Shown: one piece after another, positions 17,073 to 28,717 of the stretch | Layout: the number at the start of each line of letters is the position of its first letter | Position numbering within the stretch: the stretch's first letter is position 1 | DNA from: Pseudomonadota bacterium | GTDB lineage: Bacteria > Pseudomonadota > Gammaproteobacteria > Pseudomonadales > JAXHSS01 | Length of the DNA stretch: 32,374 nucleotides | Assembly: GCA_034190675.1 (NCBI GenBank) | Contig: JAXHSS010000001.1 | Span: 2,344 to 34,717 of the forward strand | Direction: 5' to 3' | The notes under the pieces: generated by a model | What the model saw: the letters and a program-made list of their open reading frames with translations, nothing else | Told to the model about the DNA's origin: nothing | Databases searched by the model: none | Program-made: the position numbers and the translations under genes

Positions 17073-18947
17073 ATGCTAAAACCTTATCCGTTCTGGAAAT
17101 CCCTACTCTTTATTGCCGTGGTTCTGGGCTGTTTTTTCTACGCCTTACCGAATCTATACACCCAACAACCTGCACTACAAATTAACGCTCAAAAGGCCGG
17201 TACAGAGCTGCCACCTAACCTGCTTGATGATATTCAATCCGTTTTAGGGCAGGCAGATATTTCGCTGACAGATGCAGAAGCCTCTAGTACGGATTTAACC
17301 CTGTTTTTCTCAAACACGAATGACCGTAGAGCCGCCCGCGACCGTGTTCAGGCTGCTGTTGGTAATGACTATGTCGTGGCGCTAAACACCATTGCTCGCA
17401 CACCAAGTGTTTTTTCTGCCATTGGTGCTGATCCGCTAAAGCTGGGGCTTGATCTTCGAGGTGGTGTACATTTCCTGCTTGAAGTGGATGTTGAAAAAAA
17501 ACTGCAAACCTATGAAAAGTCGATGCTTGATGGCTTGCGCCAAACTCTACGTGAAGAGCTAGAAGCCGGCCAACGCTATGGACGCTACCAGATGTTATCC
17601 CCCAATGGTTTTGAGCTAGCCTTTAATTCTGAGCAAGCGCGTGACAATGCCAAGAGCATTGCCCGCGATGTATTAGGTTTTGAGTATGAAACCAAAGCAG
17701 GTGAATTTAACGACCAGCCTTCATTGCGCTTTCAGCTAACGGAAACGGCTTTATTCAATATCAACCGTGAAACCGTTGAGCAAAACCGTATCGCACTAAG
17801 CAACCGTATTAATGAAATCGGCGTAGCTGAGCCATTAGTTCAGCAGCAAGGTGCTGAGCGCATCTTAGTCCAACTGCCCGGTGTTGAAGACACGGCTCAG
17901 GCTAAGCGCGTTATTGGCCGAACAGCAGACCTAGAGTTTCGTTTAGTTAAAGGCAGTGGCCGAGTTGGCTCAACAACGCTACCAAATACGGAAGTGCTAA
18001 ATCGCAAAGATGGCGGACAAATTCTTCTGAATGCACAACCCATCGTCACCGGCCAAAACGTTATCGATGCCAGCGCAACCTTTGACCAAAATGGACAGCC
18101 TGCGGTTTCCATTGGTCTGGACAGCGCGGGTGGTCGCAATATGTTGCGCACCACACAGGACAATGTCGGTAATTTAATGAGCGTGGTGTTCATTGAATCC
18201 AAGGCGGAGCCAACGTTTGTTGAAGAAAACGGTGAGCAAGTGCTGGTCTTCAAGAAGCGTGAAGAGCGCCAAGTGATCAACACGGCAACCATCAACGGTG
18301 TATTCGGCAATCAATTCCAAATCACTGGCTTAGATAGCTTGCCTGAGGCAAACGAGCTGGCGTTATTGCTTCGCTCGGGCGCTTTGGCTGCGCCGATGTA
18401 TATCGTGGAAGAACGCACCATTGGCCCAAGCTTAGGTGCTGAAAATATCCGCAAAGGCTTTATGTCTTTGGTGATTGGCTTTGCTTTGGTGATTATCTTT
18501 ATGATCATCAAATACCGTGTTTATGGTGTGCTGGCGAATATTGCGTTGTTCTCTAACTTGATCATCATTGCCGCTGTTTTGTCATTTTTTGGCGCGACGC
18601 TAACGCTTCCTGGCATTGCTGGTATTGTCTTGACGGTTGGTATGGCGGTTGATGCCAATGTGCTGATCTTCTCGCGAATTAAAGAAGAGTTTAAGAAAGG
18701 CATGCGCTCGGCGGATGCGGTGGAAGAAGGCTTCGCAAAGGCGCTGAGCGCCATTGTCGATGCGAATATTACCACGTTAATTATCGCCGTGATCTTACTG
18801 TTCTTGGCAACCGGCTCAGTAAAAGGCTTTGCGGTAACGTTGGCCATTGGTATTTTGACCTCGATGTTTACGGCATTAATCGGCACACGTGCGCTGATTC
18901 AGTGGGTCTACGGCCGTAAAAAACTCAAAACCATCAATATGGGCTGA
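17073..18947 (+). CDS. secD: Protein translocase subunit SecD
   Basis: LKLGLDLRGGVHFLLEVD, RINEIGVAEP, LLRSGALAAP, TIGPSLG, TLPGIAG, GMAVDANVLI, DANITT; RBS GAGGAG before ATG 17073. Confidence 0.96.
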   Translation: MLKPYPFWKSLLFIAVVLGCFFYALPNLYTQQPALQINAQKAGTELPPNLLDDIQSVLGQADISLTDAEASSTDLTLFFSNTNDRRAARDRVQAAVGNDYVVALNTIARTPSVFSAIGADPLKLGLDLRGGVHFLLEVDVEKKLQTYEKSMLDGLRQTLREELEAGQRYGRYQMLSPNGFELAFNSEQARDNAKSIARDVLGFEYETKAGEFNDQPSLRFQLTETALFNINRETVEQNRIALSNRINEIGVAEPLVQQQGAERILVQLPGVEDTAQAKRVIGRTADLEFRLVKGSGRVGSTTLPNTEVLNRKDGGQILLNAQPIVTGQNVIDASATFDQNGQPAVSIGLDSAGGRNMLRTTQDNVGNLMSVVFIESKAEPTFVEENGEQVLVFKKREERQVINTATINGVFGNQFQITGLDSLPEANELALLLRSGALAAPMYIVEERTIGPSLGAENIRKGFMSLVIGFALVIIFMIIKYRVYGVLANIALFSNLIIIAAVLSFFGATLTLPGIAGIVLTVGMAVDANVLIFSRIKEEFKKGMRSADAVEEGFAKALSAIVDANITTLIIAVILLFLATGSVKGFAVTLAIGILTSMFTALIGTRALIQWVYGRKKLKTINMG

Positions 18948-18958
18948 GGGAGTCTATT

Positions 18959-19897
18959 ATGTTTAAAGAAATTAACTGGATGGGCGCTCGCAAACTAGCC
19001 ATTGGTTTGTCACTTGCGCTGATTGTGATCTCATTGATCTCATTGTTTACTCGCGGCTTGAACCTTGGTCTCGACTTCACCGGTGGTAATGCCATTGAGC
19101 TTAAGGTGCCTGCTACGCTTAATATTGACGATGTACGCAATACCATGAGCGCCTCGGGGTTTGAAAGCTTTGTTGTGCAACGCTTTGGCTCTGACACCGA
19201 GCTATCCATTAAGCTGCCACCGCAATCAAACGAAACCCATTCCGTGGGTGAAGCGGTTGAGCAGACCATTGGCGAAGAAGTTTTTGACGTTTTGAATAAC
19301 ACCTATGGTGATATTGAACTGGCTTCTGAGTCATTTATTGGCCCTTCTGTGGGTGATGAGCTGCGCGACACCAGTGGTAAGGCGATGATTTTGGCTCTAG
19401 TCATCATGCTGGTTTATATCGCTTTTCGTTTTACCTTAAAGTTTGGCGCTGGCGCGATTATTGCATTGGCTCACGATGTGGTGATTACGCTGGGCTTTTT
19501 CTCGATTACGCAAATGAGTGTCGATCTGGCTGTACTGGCGGCGATTCTCGCGGTGGTGGGTTACTCCATCAATGATACCGTTGTTGTATCCGACCGTATC
19601 CGTGAAAACTTTATTGGCCGTCGCGACTTGAAAACACTCGAGGTTTTCAATGTCTCTATCTCTGAAACATTTGAGCGCACCTTAATGACCTCGATCACCA
19701 CCTTGCTGGTATTGATCGCTTTGGCCATTTTTGGCGGCAGCTCTTTGATTGGTTTCTCAGCGGCCTTAATTGTTGGTGTGCTAGTGGGTACTTACTCATC
19801 GATCTACGTTGCTTGTAGTGTGCTGATCGGTCTGAATACCACCGCTGAAGATTTCATGAAAAAAGACAAACAGGAACTGCTCGACGACGCACCATAA
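18959..19897 (+). CDS. secF: Protein translocase subunit SecF
   Basis: GLNLGLDFTGG, GPSVGDEL, HDVVIT, GYSINDTVVVSDRIRE, RTLMTS, GTYSSIYVA. Confidence 0.96.
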   Translation: MFKEINWMGARKLAIGLSLALIVISLISLFTRGLNLGLDFTGGNAIELKVPATLNIDDVRNTMSASGFESFVVQRFGSDTELSIKLPPQSNETHSVGEAVEQTIGEEVFDVLNNTYGDIELASESFIGPSVGDELRDTSGKAMILALVIMLVYIAFRFTLKFGAGAIIALAHDVVITLGFFSITQMSVDLAVLAAILAVVGYSINDTVVVSDRIRENFIGRRDLKTLEVFNVSISETFERTLMTSITTLLVLIALAIFGGSSLIGFSAALIVGVLVGTYSSIYVACSVLIGLNTTAEDFMKKDKQELLDDAP

Positions 19898-19954
19898 GCG
19901 CCGTTTCGCGCCTGTCGTGAGCTTGATTAGCGTATAACAGCTGCTGCTCACCAT

Positions 19955-19993
19955 AAAAAAGCGCTTAGCCTGAACAAACGGGCTAAGCGCTTT
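19955..19993. terminator. Probably bidirectional terminator between convergent secF and phoU
   Basis: AAAAAAGCGCTTAGCC...GGCTAAGCGCTTT; 13-bp stem, with a T6 tail on the minus strand. Confidence 0.7.
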
Positions 19994-20090
19994 GCTGTTT
20001 TTAAGCCCTGCTGATTTTTTGCGCTGTTTTTTGCGTTACTTGTTCAGCACGACTTGTTAAGCACCACGTTTTAAACAAAAGTCGGGAGAA

Positions 20091-20828
20091 TTAGCTTGGC
20101 TCAGACTCACCTTGGTCTTCAAAATCGCTGACCTGCTGCTCCATTTCACTTAATGTGCTATGGCGCACTTCTTCACCACTGACCAGATAAATAATTTGCT
20201 CACTGATATTTCGCGCATGATCGCCAATGCGTTCAATAGCTCGTAGCATCCATAAAATATGAATGGTTTGACCAATAGAGCGTGGGTCTTCCATCATATA
20301 GGTACTGAGTTCACGGATCGCTGATCCATAACGTTCATCAACAACTTTATCGCTGCGAACCACCTCAAGCGCCGCTTGGGTATCACTACGTAAAAAGGCA
20401 TTCAACACATTATTGAGCATTTTGCTAACATTTTCGCCCATATTGCGAATGGCAGAGCGGCAGATCGAAATCTGGCTACCTTCGTTCATCAGCTCCAACG
20501 TTTGTTGCGCCACTTTAAAGGCTTGGTCGCCCATACGTTCAAGGTCACGGGTGATTCGAGAAATCGCTAATACCATGCGCAATTCGCGGGCAGTTGGCTG
20601 ACGCTCAATCAAAATATGCGTGCAAAGCTCCTCGATCCGAATTTCAAGCTCATCAACTTCAGGCTCAATTTTTAAAACGGTTTCAGCGGCACCACCATCA
20701 TTATCGCACACACCGATAATTGCACATTCTAGCTGATCTTCCACCATGCCGCCCATTTTCATCAGCAGCTGGATAACATGCTCCAGCTCCTGATTAAATT
20801 GGACAGAAACATTTTCATTGACTTTCAT
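20091..20828 (-). CDS. phoU: Phosphate signalling complex protein PhoU
   Basis: RQPTARELR, DLERMGD, SDKVVDERY, YMMEDPRSI, RAIERIGDHARNISEQIIYLVSGEEVRH. Confidence 0.95.
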   Translation of the reverse strand: MKVNENVSVQFNQELEHVIQLLMKMGGMVEDQLECAIIGVCDNDGGAAETVLKIEPEVDELEIRIEELCTHILIERQPTARELRMVLAISRITRDLERMGDQAFKVAQQTLELMNEGSQISICRSAIRNMGENVSKMLNNVLNAFLRSDTQAALEVVRSDKVVDERYGSAIRELSTYMMEDPRSIGQTIHILWMLRAIERIGDHARNISEQIIYLVSGEEVRHSTLSEMEQQVSDFEDQGESEPS

Positions 20829-20927
20829 AAAGATTCCATCGTTACTACGGCTAGTTTAGCACAAAGTAAATTTGGCCTAATATAGCTTGATTCACCGAAA
20901 AGCGGAATTTTTGTACACTTATTTACA

Positions 20928-20961
20928 TTGTCATATAACTGTAACGTTTTGCCAGTATCAT
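20928..20961 (+). promoter_or_regulatory. Pho box (PhoB site) plus -10 element
   Basis: TTGTCAT-ATAA-CTGTAAC (20928-20945) closely matches the consensus CTGTCAT-A(A/T)A(T/A)-CTGTCA(C/T). It is followed exactly 10 nt later by TATCAT (20956-20961), the classic Pho promoter geometry. Confidence 0.75.
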
Positions 20962-20987
20962 GATGTTCCTTATCTTGGGAGACAGCC

Positions 20988-21971
20988 GTGGACATTACAA
21001 CCATTCTAATGATTGTCGGCTTTATGATTGCCGCCTATGCCATCATCTCAAATGATGCGATTCAAACCTTAGGTACATTTCTCGCTTCAAACTCTCACCG
21101 TCCTGCATGGTTATTGTGGATTTTTGCTACCGTCGTTTTAGTCGGAACAGTTTTATATAGTTACTTCGCTTTTGGAGGCGATGTTTCTCAGGGTCGTTTG
21201 ACCAAATTTCCTCCCGTCGAGCATTTTCATTGGATATATATCGTCCCGCCCATTTTGATTTTAATTCTGACGCGCTTCGGTATTCCTGTCAGCACGTCTT
21301 TCTTGATTCTGACCGTGTTCTCTACCGCAACACTCGACAAGATGCTACAAAAATCATTATTCGGCTATTTTGTTGCTTTTGTTGTTGCGATTTTAATTTA
21401 TCGCTTAGTGATGGCGACCTTCGAAAAGCGCTTTGCGGCTAATCAAAGCCAAGGCATCCCCGGTTATTGGGTTGGCTTACAATGGTTCAGTACGGCATTT
21501 TTATGGAGCCAATGGCTTGGCCAAGACCTTGCTAATATTTTTGTTTACGCACCTTCAGCTGGTTTCAACGAGTTTGGCGTACGCACCATCGACCCCTATT
21601 GGCTAGTAGGCTCGCTGGCGTGGATGGTGTTCATCTTGGGGATGGTATTTTGGCGCAAAGGCGGCAAAATTCAAAACATCGTTGATGTAAAAACCAATAT
21701 CCATGATATTCGCTCAGCAACGATTATCGATTTAATGTACGGCGTGATTTTGTACATTTTCAAAGTACAGAGCAATATCCCAATGAGTACCACGTGGGTA
21801 TTCCTCGGGCTTCTAGCAGGCCGTGAATTTGCCCTGGCTTTGGCCTCAAAACCCAAGACCACTGGCCGTGCATTCTCTATGATAACCAGCGACATTGGTA
21901 AAGCGACTATTGGCCTTATACTGAGCGTCGCAATTGCAATATTAGCCCCTTATATTATGACCTTAGCTTAG
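20988..21971 (+). CDS. Multi-pass membrane protein, distant PiT/PHO4-like putative phosphate permease
   Basis: About 8-9 hydrophobic segments. SNDAIQTLGTF and QDLANIF resemble the two PiT-family ND/HD..N signatures; GIPVSTS and NIPMSTT resemble the repeated P(V/I)STT motifs. Pho box upstream; divergent from phoU. GTG start with GGGAGA SD. Confidence 0.6.
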   Translation: MDITTILMIVGFMIAAYAIISNDAIQTLGTFLASNSHRPAWLLWIFATVVLVGTVLYSYFAFGGDVSQGRLTKFPPVEHFHWIYIVPPILILILTRFGIPVSTSFLILTVFSTATLDKMLQKSLFGYFVAFVVAILIYRLVMATFEKRFAANQSQGIPGYWVGLQWFSTAFLWSQWLGQDLANIFVYAPSAGFNEFGVRTIDPYWLVGSLAWMVFILGMVFWRKGGKIQNIVDVKTNIHDIRSATIIDLMYGVILYIFKVQSNIPMSTTWVFLGLLAGREFALALASKPKTTGRAFSMITSDIGKATIGLILSVAIAILAPYIMTLA

Positions 21972-21980
21972 GCCGATTAC

Positions 21981-22003
21981 GGCGGGTCAAAAACCCGCCT
22001 TTT
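21981..22003 (+). terminator. Intrinsic terminator after the permease gene
   Basis: GGCGGGT-caaaa-ACCCGCC-TTTT. Confidence 0.6.
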
Positions 22004-22031
22004 AGCTTGACAGGGCTCCCAAAATCATTGA

Positions 22032-23054
<1,023 letters not shown>

Positions 23055-23056
23055 CC

Positions 23057-25123
23057 ATGTCTCAGGACATCCGTCCCGAACATTTTATTAACCGCTGGCA
23101 TAGCCTTCTGCGCTTTAACCTGCGTGTTCTTGAACAATCGCTTAACCCGCATATCCCATTGCTGGAGCGCTTAAAGTTTTTAACGATTTTCAGCAGCAAT
23201 ATGGATGAGTTCTTTGAGGTTCGCTTGGGGCCGATCATTCATCAAGTGGCACGTGGCGAAGGCACAATAGGCGCTGATGGCATTGATCCGCTTGAGCTGG
23301 TTCAAGACTTAAAGCAGCGCTGTCATGAAGCGGTTGAAAAGGAATACAGCATTTTAAATGATATTTTACTGCCCGAGCTTGAGCAGCAAGATATTAGTTT
23401 TTTGCGCCGAAATGACTGGGATGAGACGGTGCGCATTTGGCTTAAAAACTTTTATACCGAGCAAGTTGAGCCGGTATTAACACCCATTGCCGTAGATCTT
23501 TCCCACCCTTTTCCTCGCTTAGTGAACAAAAGCTTAAATTTTATTGTTTCGCTTAGAGGTAAGGACGCCTTTGGCCGCATGCTCGATTTGGCCATTGTTC
23601 CTGCGCCGCGCTCATTGCCACGCGTGATACAGGTTCCAGCCAAGCTCGTGGGCGGCAAAACCGCATTTGTGTTTTTATCATCGATTATTCACGATAACGT
23701 TAGCTCGTTATTTCCCGGTATGTCGATAGAAGGCTGCTATCAATTCCGAATCACCCGAAATGCCGACTTTAATCTTGATGAAACCAATGTCGACGACCTA
23801 CCTGAGGCGCTTGAGAGCGAGATTTTCTCTTCCCGCTTTGCTGATGCCGTTCGCTTAGAAGTCGCCGATAATTGCCCGAACCATTTGGTGGATTTTTTGC
23901 TGCAGGAAACTCAGCTCACCAAAGACGATTTATACCGCGTTAATGGCCCGGTAAACCTTGCACGTCTCATGGGCATTACGGGCATTGATCGCAGCGAATT
24001 AAAGTTTCCGAGCTTTACGCCAAAGTTCAATATGCCGCTGATGAGCGACGAGGTCTTTTCTGAAATCCGCCAACGCGACCATTTGCTTCATCACCCATAT
24101 GAAAGCTTTGCACCCGTTGTGAACTTGGTGAAATGTGCCGCCCGCGACCCCAATGTTTTGGCGATTAAACAAACATTATATCGCACACAAGATGACTCCA
24201 AGTTAGTGGATTACTTATGCGAAGCAGCGCGAAATGGTAAAGAAGTTACCGTGGTTATTGAGCTGCGCGCCCGTTTTGATGAGGCCAATAATATTGAAGA
24301 TGCCCGCGAGCTTAAAGAAGCTGGAGTAGTCGTTGTTTATGGTGTGGTGGGTTATAAAACCCATGCCAAATTATTGATGATTGTCCGTAAAGAAGCTCAA
24401 GGCATTCGCCGATACGTGCATTTAGGCACGGGTAATTATCACGAAGGAACCGCTAAGCTCTATACCGACTTGGGCTATTTAACAAGTAATCACCGAACTG
24501 GTTTAGACGTTAATAGCATTTTCCAAGAACTCACCGGCACAGGCGCTGCAGCGCAAACTCAAACCTTGTTGCATGCACCATTTACCCTTCATGCTGGACT
24601 GCTCGAGCTAATCGAAAAAGAAACTCAGCAGGCCAAAGCCGGCCAAGCCGCGCACATTCGTTTTAAAATGAATTCACTAACCGAGCCTGAAATTATCCGT
24701 GCGCTGTATCGCGCCTCCCAGGCTGGGGTTAACGTTGAGCTAATCGTTCGCGGGATGTGTTGCTTACGCCCCGGTATTAAGGGGGTTTCCGAGAACATTG
24801 TCGTGCGCTCCATCATTAGCCGATTCCTTGAGCATTCGCGAGTTTACTGGTTCAAAAACAGCTCAGGTGAAGCGCCAATAATGTACTGTGGCAGTGCCGA
24901 TTTAATGGAACGCAACCTATTTAAACGAGTCGAGGTGTGCTTCCGTGTTGATAATCCGAAGCTTCGCGAGCGGATTGAGCAGGAGTGTTTTGAGCTAGCT
25001 TTACAAGATACGGGCAGCGCATGGATTCTGCAGTCCGATGGCAGCTACCTGCCGCCGAGCGCAAAAGCCATTGAAGGCCAGTATTTACAAGAGCAGTTGA
25101 TCGACAAACTGGCGTTTATTTAA
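23057..25123 (+). CDS. ppk1: Polyphosphate kinase 1
   Basis: PLLERLKFL, HPFP, HHPYESF, IKQTLYRT, ELRARFDEANNI, KTHAK, GTGNYH, YTD, KMNSL, VRGMCCLRPG, RFLEHSR, SADLMERN. Confidence 0.96.
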   Translation: MSQDIRPEHFINRWHSLLRFNLRVLEQSLNPHIPLLERLKFLTIFSSNMDEFFEVRLGPIIHQVARGEGTIGADGIDPLELVQDLKQRCHEAVEKEYSILNDILLPELEQQDISFLRRNDWDETVRIWLKNFYTEQVEPVLTPIAVDLSHPFPRLVNKSLNFIVSLRGKDAFGRMLDLAIVPAPRSLPRVIQVPAKLVGGKTAFVFLSSIIHDNVSSLFPGMSIEGCYQFRITRNADFNLDETNVDDLPEALESEIFSSRFADAVRLEVADNCPNHLVDFLLQETQLTKDDLYRVNGPVNLARLMGITGIDRSELKFPSFTPKFNMPLMSDEVFSEIRQRDHLLHHPYESFAPVVNLVKCAARDPNVLAIKQTLYRTQDDSKLVDYLCEAARNGKEVTVVIELRARFDEANNIEDARELKEAGVVVVYGVVGYKTHAKLLMIVRKEAQGIRRYVHLGTGNYHEGTAKLYTDLGYLTSNHRTGLDVNSIFQELTGTGAAAQTQTLLHAPFTLHAGLLELIEKETQQAKAGQAAHIRFKMNSLTEPEIIRALYRASQAGVNVELIVRGMCCLRPGIKGVSENIVVRSIISRFLEHSRVYWFKNSSGEAPIMYCGSADLMERNLFKRVEVCFRVDNPKLRERIEQECFELALQDTGSAWILQSDGSYLPPSAKAIEGQYLQEQLIDKLAFI

Positions 25124-26604
25124 CTGGTTTGCAGAGTAAGACGGATGCCGTACTTTTTAAGTAGCTCCTGCTCTTCCTGCAAATCTGCCTGAGTTAACGG
25201 GCGCTCATCCAGCCAATTTTGACTCACCGTTAGCTGATATTTTTGGCCCTGACTCCCCTGACGATCTAAGCTCGCTTCAGGAGAGCTTTCGCTATGATCT
25301 CGATGCAAAATAACCGCCAGCCTGAGCACTAAGACTTTGTCCTGCGTCAGGCTTTCTTGTAAGTCAGGCCACTGGTCCATCTTCAGCGATTTACGCTGGT
25401 TGTGAACCAATAATGCCACACGCTGCTGCTCTTGCTGGGAAAACCCCGGCAAATCGGAAAACTCGACCAAGTACGCGCCATGTGCGTGATGTCGGTTTTG
25501 CGAAATGGCTAAACCGAGCTCATGAATACTCGCCGCCCATTGCAACTGCCTCAGGGCGAATTTGGGAAGCTCAAGGTGAGACGCGAGCTTTAACACCGTT
25601 TGTTTTACGCGGTTTGCTTGGTCAATATCCACTGTATAGCGTTGCTGAAGAAAGCGAATGGTCGCCTCACGAACATCTTCATCACCATATCGACCAATCA
25701 GATCGTACAGGGCGCCTTCTCGAAGTGCGCCATCTGAAAAACGCATATGCTCAATACCCAGCTGCTCAAACACACCGGTTAACACACATAAGCCCGCCAC
25801 AAAGGTCGGATTTCGAGCGTTGGTCAATCCGCTAAAGCTCAGTGCATCAAACTGTTTCGCCTTGGCGCATAGCTTTAATAATTGCTGCATGCCGCCCAGC
25901 GTAATATTTTCTTGGCCAAGCTCTTTTTTTAGTACAGCTTGAATTGATTTTACTGACCCAGAAGCGCCGATCGCTTCCTGCCAGCCCATACGCTTATATT
26001 TTTTATGCACTTTCAGTACTTGACCACGAGCAAACTTCACCGCTTCTTGCAGGCTCTGACTATCACAGCGGTCTTTTTTAAAGAACTGATGATTCAAACT
26101 AACGCAGCCCATCTCCAAGCTTTCCATTAACTCAGGCTGAAAACCCTGACCAATAATAATCTCTGTACTGCCCCCGCCAATATCCACCACCAAACGGTTT
26201 TTCTGGGTGATCGCGAGCGTATGCGCTACGCCTAGGTAAATTAAGCGCGCCTCCTCCTTACCGGAGATAATCTCAACAGGATGACCTAAAATACTCTGCG
26301 CTTGCTTAATAAAGGTTTTGCCATTTTTCGCTTGTCGTAAAGTATTGGTGCCGTAGATTTGAACCGAACCCTCAGGCATATTGCCGATAATCTGAGCAAA
26401 CTCATGCAAGCATTGAAAGGCCTTATCCATGGCCTTTGGCGTAATATTGCCCTGTTCATCTAAACCATTTCGCAAGCGAACTTTGACCGAATGACGATCA
26501 AAAAAGCGTAGATGCTTTTGATCTTCAACTGCCGCAATGATCATATGAAAACTATTGGAACCCAGATCAATCGCTGCGACTTTGTCAAATTCAATTTCTT
26601 GCAT
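25120..26604 (-). CDS. ppx: Exopolyphosphatase (Ppx/GppA family)
   Basis: [50 protein letters not shown]-terminal HD-like domain. Converges on ppk1 with overlapping stop codons (TTAA). Confidence 0.92.
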   Translation of the reverse strand: MQEIEFDKVAAIDLGSNSFHMIIAAVEDQKHLRFFDRHSVKVRLRNGLDEQGNITPKAMDKAFQCLHEFAQIIGNMPEGSVQIYGTNTLRQAKNGKTFIKQAQSILGHPVEIISGKEEARLIYLGVAHTLAITQKNRLVVDIGGGSTEIIIGQGFQPELMESLEMGCVSLNHQFFKKDRCDSQSLQEAVKFARGQVLKVHKKYKRMGWQEAIGASGSVKSIQAVLKKELGQENITLGGMQQLLKLCAKAKQFDALSFSGLTNARNPTFVAGLCVLTGVFEQLGIEHMRFSDGALREGALYDLIGRYGDEDVREATIRFLQQRYTVDIDQANRVKQTVLKLASHLELPKFALRQLQWAASIHELGLAISQNRHHAHGAYLVEFSDLPGFSQQEQQRVALLVHNQRKSLKMDQWPDLQESLTQDKVLVLRLAVILHRDHSESSPEASLDRQGSQGQKYQLTVSQNWLDERPLTQADLQEEQELLKKYGIRLTLQTS

Positions 26605-26703
26605 AAGGTGTTCGATAAAATCAAAGCGCTAAGTGTAGTGGTTTTGTTGGCTTATGTCCTTGGTGCTGATACCATAATGAATAGATTTTTTAAGGAGTCA
26701 AAC

Positions 26704-27030
26704 ATGAGTGAACTCATCAGTAACGTTACTGTTGGCGATTTCGACGCCGAGGTTTTAAATTCAGACGTGCCCGTGCTAGTAGACTACTGGGCACCGTGGT
26801 GTGGTCCTTGTAAGATGATTGCTCCAGTATTGGAAGATTTGGCCAAAGATTATCAAGGTCAAGTAAAAATCGTTAAGCTAAACGTTGACGATAACCAAGA
26901 AATTGCCGCTAAACACGGTGTTCGTGGCATTCCGACACTCAGCATCTTCAAAAATGGCGTTGTACAATCAACTAAAGTTGGCGCGTTAACCAAAGCCCAG
27001 CTGTCAGCTTTTATCGATAGCACCATCTAA
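26704..27030 (+). CDS. trxA: Thioredoxin
   Basis: [13 protein letters not shown] and RGIPTL; 108 aa from ATG 26704 with AAGGAG SD; trxA-rho synteny. Confidence 0.96.
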   Translation: MSELISNVTVGDFDAEVLNSDVPVLVDYWAPWCGPCKMIAPVLEDLAKDYQGQVKIVKLNVDDNQEIAAKHGVRGIPTLSIFKNGVVQSTKVGALTKAQLSAFIDSTI

Positions 27031-27053
27031 TTTAAGCGACCCGTTTATCATTT

Positions 27054-27088
27054 AAAAAAGCGCTCTCATCTCTGAGGGCGCTTTTTTT
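27054..27088 (+). terminator. Intrinsic terminator after trxA
   Basis: AAAAAAGCGCTCTCA-tctc-TGAGGGCGC followed by T7. Confidence 0.8.
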
Positions 27089-27089
27089 C

Positions 27090-27117
27090 TTGCAAAAATC
27101 CGTAAAGCGGTCATAAT
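27090..27117 (+). promoter_or_regulatory. Putative sigma70 promoter for rho
   Basis: TTGCAA (27090-27095), 16-nt spacer, CATAAT (27112-27117), directly after the trxA terminator. Confidence 0.45.
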
Positions 27118-27178
27118 CACCGAACAACCCTTCTTTCTATTCCCCTATTTGAATTTCTCTTCTCTGGATTTTTCCACT

Positions 27179-28441
27179 ATGAATTTAACCGAGTTAAAAC
27201 AAAAACCAATCAGTGAACTCTTAGATATCGCCAAAGAAATGGGCCTCGACAATTTAGGCCGAACTCGTAAACAGGACGTTATTTTTGCTATTTTAAAACA
27301 CGCTGCACAAAACGGTGATGACATCAGCGGCGATGGTGTCCTTGAAATTTTGCCTGATGGTTTTGGCTTTCTTCGCTCTGCAACAGGCTCTTATCTTGCT
27401 GGCCCTGATGATATTTACGTATCACCAAGTCAGATTCGTCGATTCAACCTGCGAACTGGCGACAGCATCAGCGGCCTGATTCGACCACCTAAGTCAAGCG
27501 AGCGCTATTTCGCCCTACTTAAGATCGATACGATCAATTTTGAAAGCCCAGAAAACGCCAAGAAGAAAATCTTATTTGAAAACCTAACGCCATTATTCCC
27601 GGATGATCCTTTCATCATGGAGCAAGGTACTGGGGCAGCTGAAGATATTACCGGTCGAGCTATTGACCTGATTTCCCCGATTGGTAAAGGGCAGCGTGGC
27701 TTGATCGTAGCTCCACCAAAAGCGGGTAAAACCATGTTGCTTCAAAACATTGCGCATGCCATTACACGTAATAACCCTGATACGTACATGATCGTTTTGC
27801 TGATCGACGAACGTCCAGAAGAAGTGACCGAAATGGAGCGAACTGTTCGCGGCGAAGTGATTGCTTCAACCTTTGATGAGCCACCTGCTCGACACGTACA
27901 AGTCGCTGAAATGGTGATCGAAAAAGCAAAACGCCTTGCTGAACATAAAAAGGACGTGGTGGTTTTACTGGATTCAATCACTCGATTGGCGCGTGCATAC
28001 AACTTGGTTGTTCCTTCCTCTGGCAAGGTGCTGACGGGTGGTGTCGATGCCAATGCGCTTGAAAAGCCAAAACGCTTCTTCGGCGCAGCGCGTAATATTG
28101 AAGAAGGCGGTAGCCTTACGATCATCGCAACAGCGCTGGTAGATACCGGCTCAAAAATGGATGAGGTTATTTACGAAGAGTTTAAAGGCACAGGTAATAT
28201 GGAGCTGCACTTGGAGCGTCGTCTGGCCGAAAAACGTGTTTACCCAGCCATCAATATCAAGAAGTCCGGCACACGTCGCGAAGAGCTTCTGGTTGAAGAA
28301 GAAGATCTCAAGCGCCTATGGATTTTGCGCAAACTCCTTCATCCGATGGACGAAGTGGCCGCGATGGAGTTCCTTTATGACAAGTTGCGTGAAACGAAGA
28401 CCAATGCAGATTTCTTCGATTCAATGAAGCGTTCAAAATAA
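27179..28441 (+). CDS. rho: Transcription termination factor Rho
   Basis: [75 protein letters not shown]; 420 aa from ATG 27179. Confidence 0.98.
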   Translation: MNLTELKQKPISELLDIAKEMGLDNLGRTRKQDVIFAILKHAAQNGDDISGDGVLEILPDGFGFLRSATGSYLAGPDDIYVSPSQIRRFNLRTGDSISGLIRPPKSSERYFALLKIDTINFESPENAKKKILFENLTPLFPDDPFIMEQGTGAAEDITGRAIDLISPIGKGQRGLIVAPPKAGKTMLLQNIAHAITRNNPDTYMIVLLIDERPEEVTEMERTVRGEVIASTFDEPPARHVQVAEMVIEKAKRLAEHKKDVVVLLDSITRLARAYNLVVPSSGKVLTGGVDANALEKPKRFFGAARNIEEGGSLTIIATALVDTGSKMDEVIYEEFKGTGNMELHLERRLAEKRVYPAINIKKSGTRREELLVEEEDLKRLWILRKLLHPMDEVAAMEFLYDKLRETKTNADFFDSMKRSK

Positions 28442-28474
28442 AGCTTTAGCAACCTGAGTTTTTGCTCATAAGCT

Positions 28475-28511
28475 CAAATTAAAGAGGTGGTAGATCCATC
28501 TCTTTAATTTG
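28475..28511 (+). terminator. Hairpin/terminator after rho
   Basis: CAAATTAAAGAGGTGG-tagat-CCATCTCTTTAATTTG; 16-bp stem with one G-U pair. Confidence 0.6.
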
Positions 28512-28717
28512 CTTGCAGCTTGCTCACCTTCCTTGCTTTGCGAAGCTCATAGCGATTTTGCGGTCGACTCGGGTCTGGCGTTTTAAGCCGTGTCTGATCT
28601 CATTGAATGGCTTTGGCGCTGAGTGATTTGCCACTGCACTTACCCCCTTAAGATAAGAACGCTTTTCTTAACATGGGCAAAACGCTACTATAGACTTTTA
28701 TCGAATGAAATCACTGC

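Noticed and set aside
26512-26703. 64-aa N-terminal extension on thioredoxin
   Set aside because: It overlaps the ppx start on the other strand; a strong AAGGAG SD precedes ATG 26704, giving a standard 108-aa TrxA.
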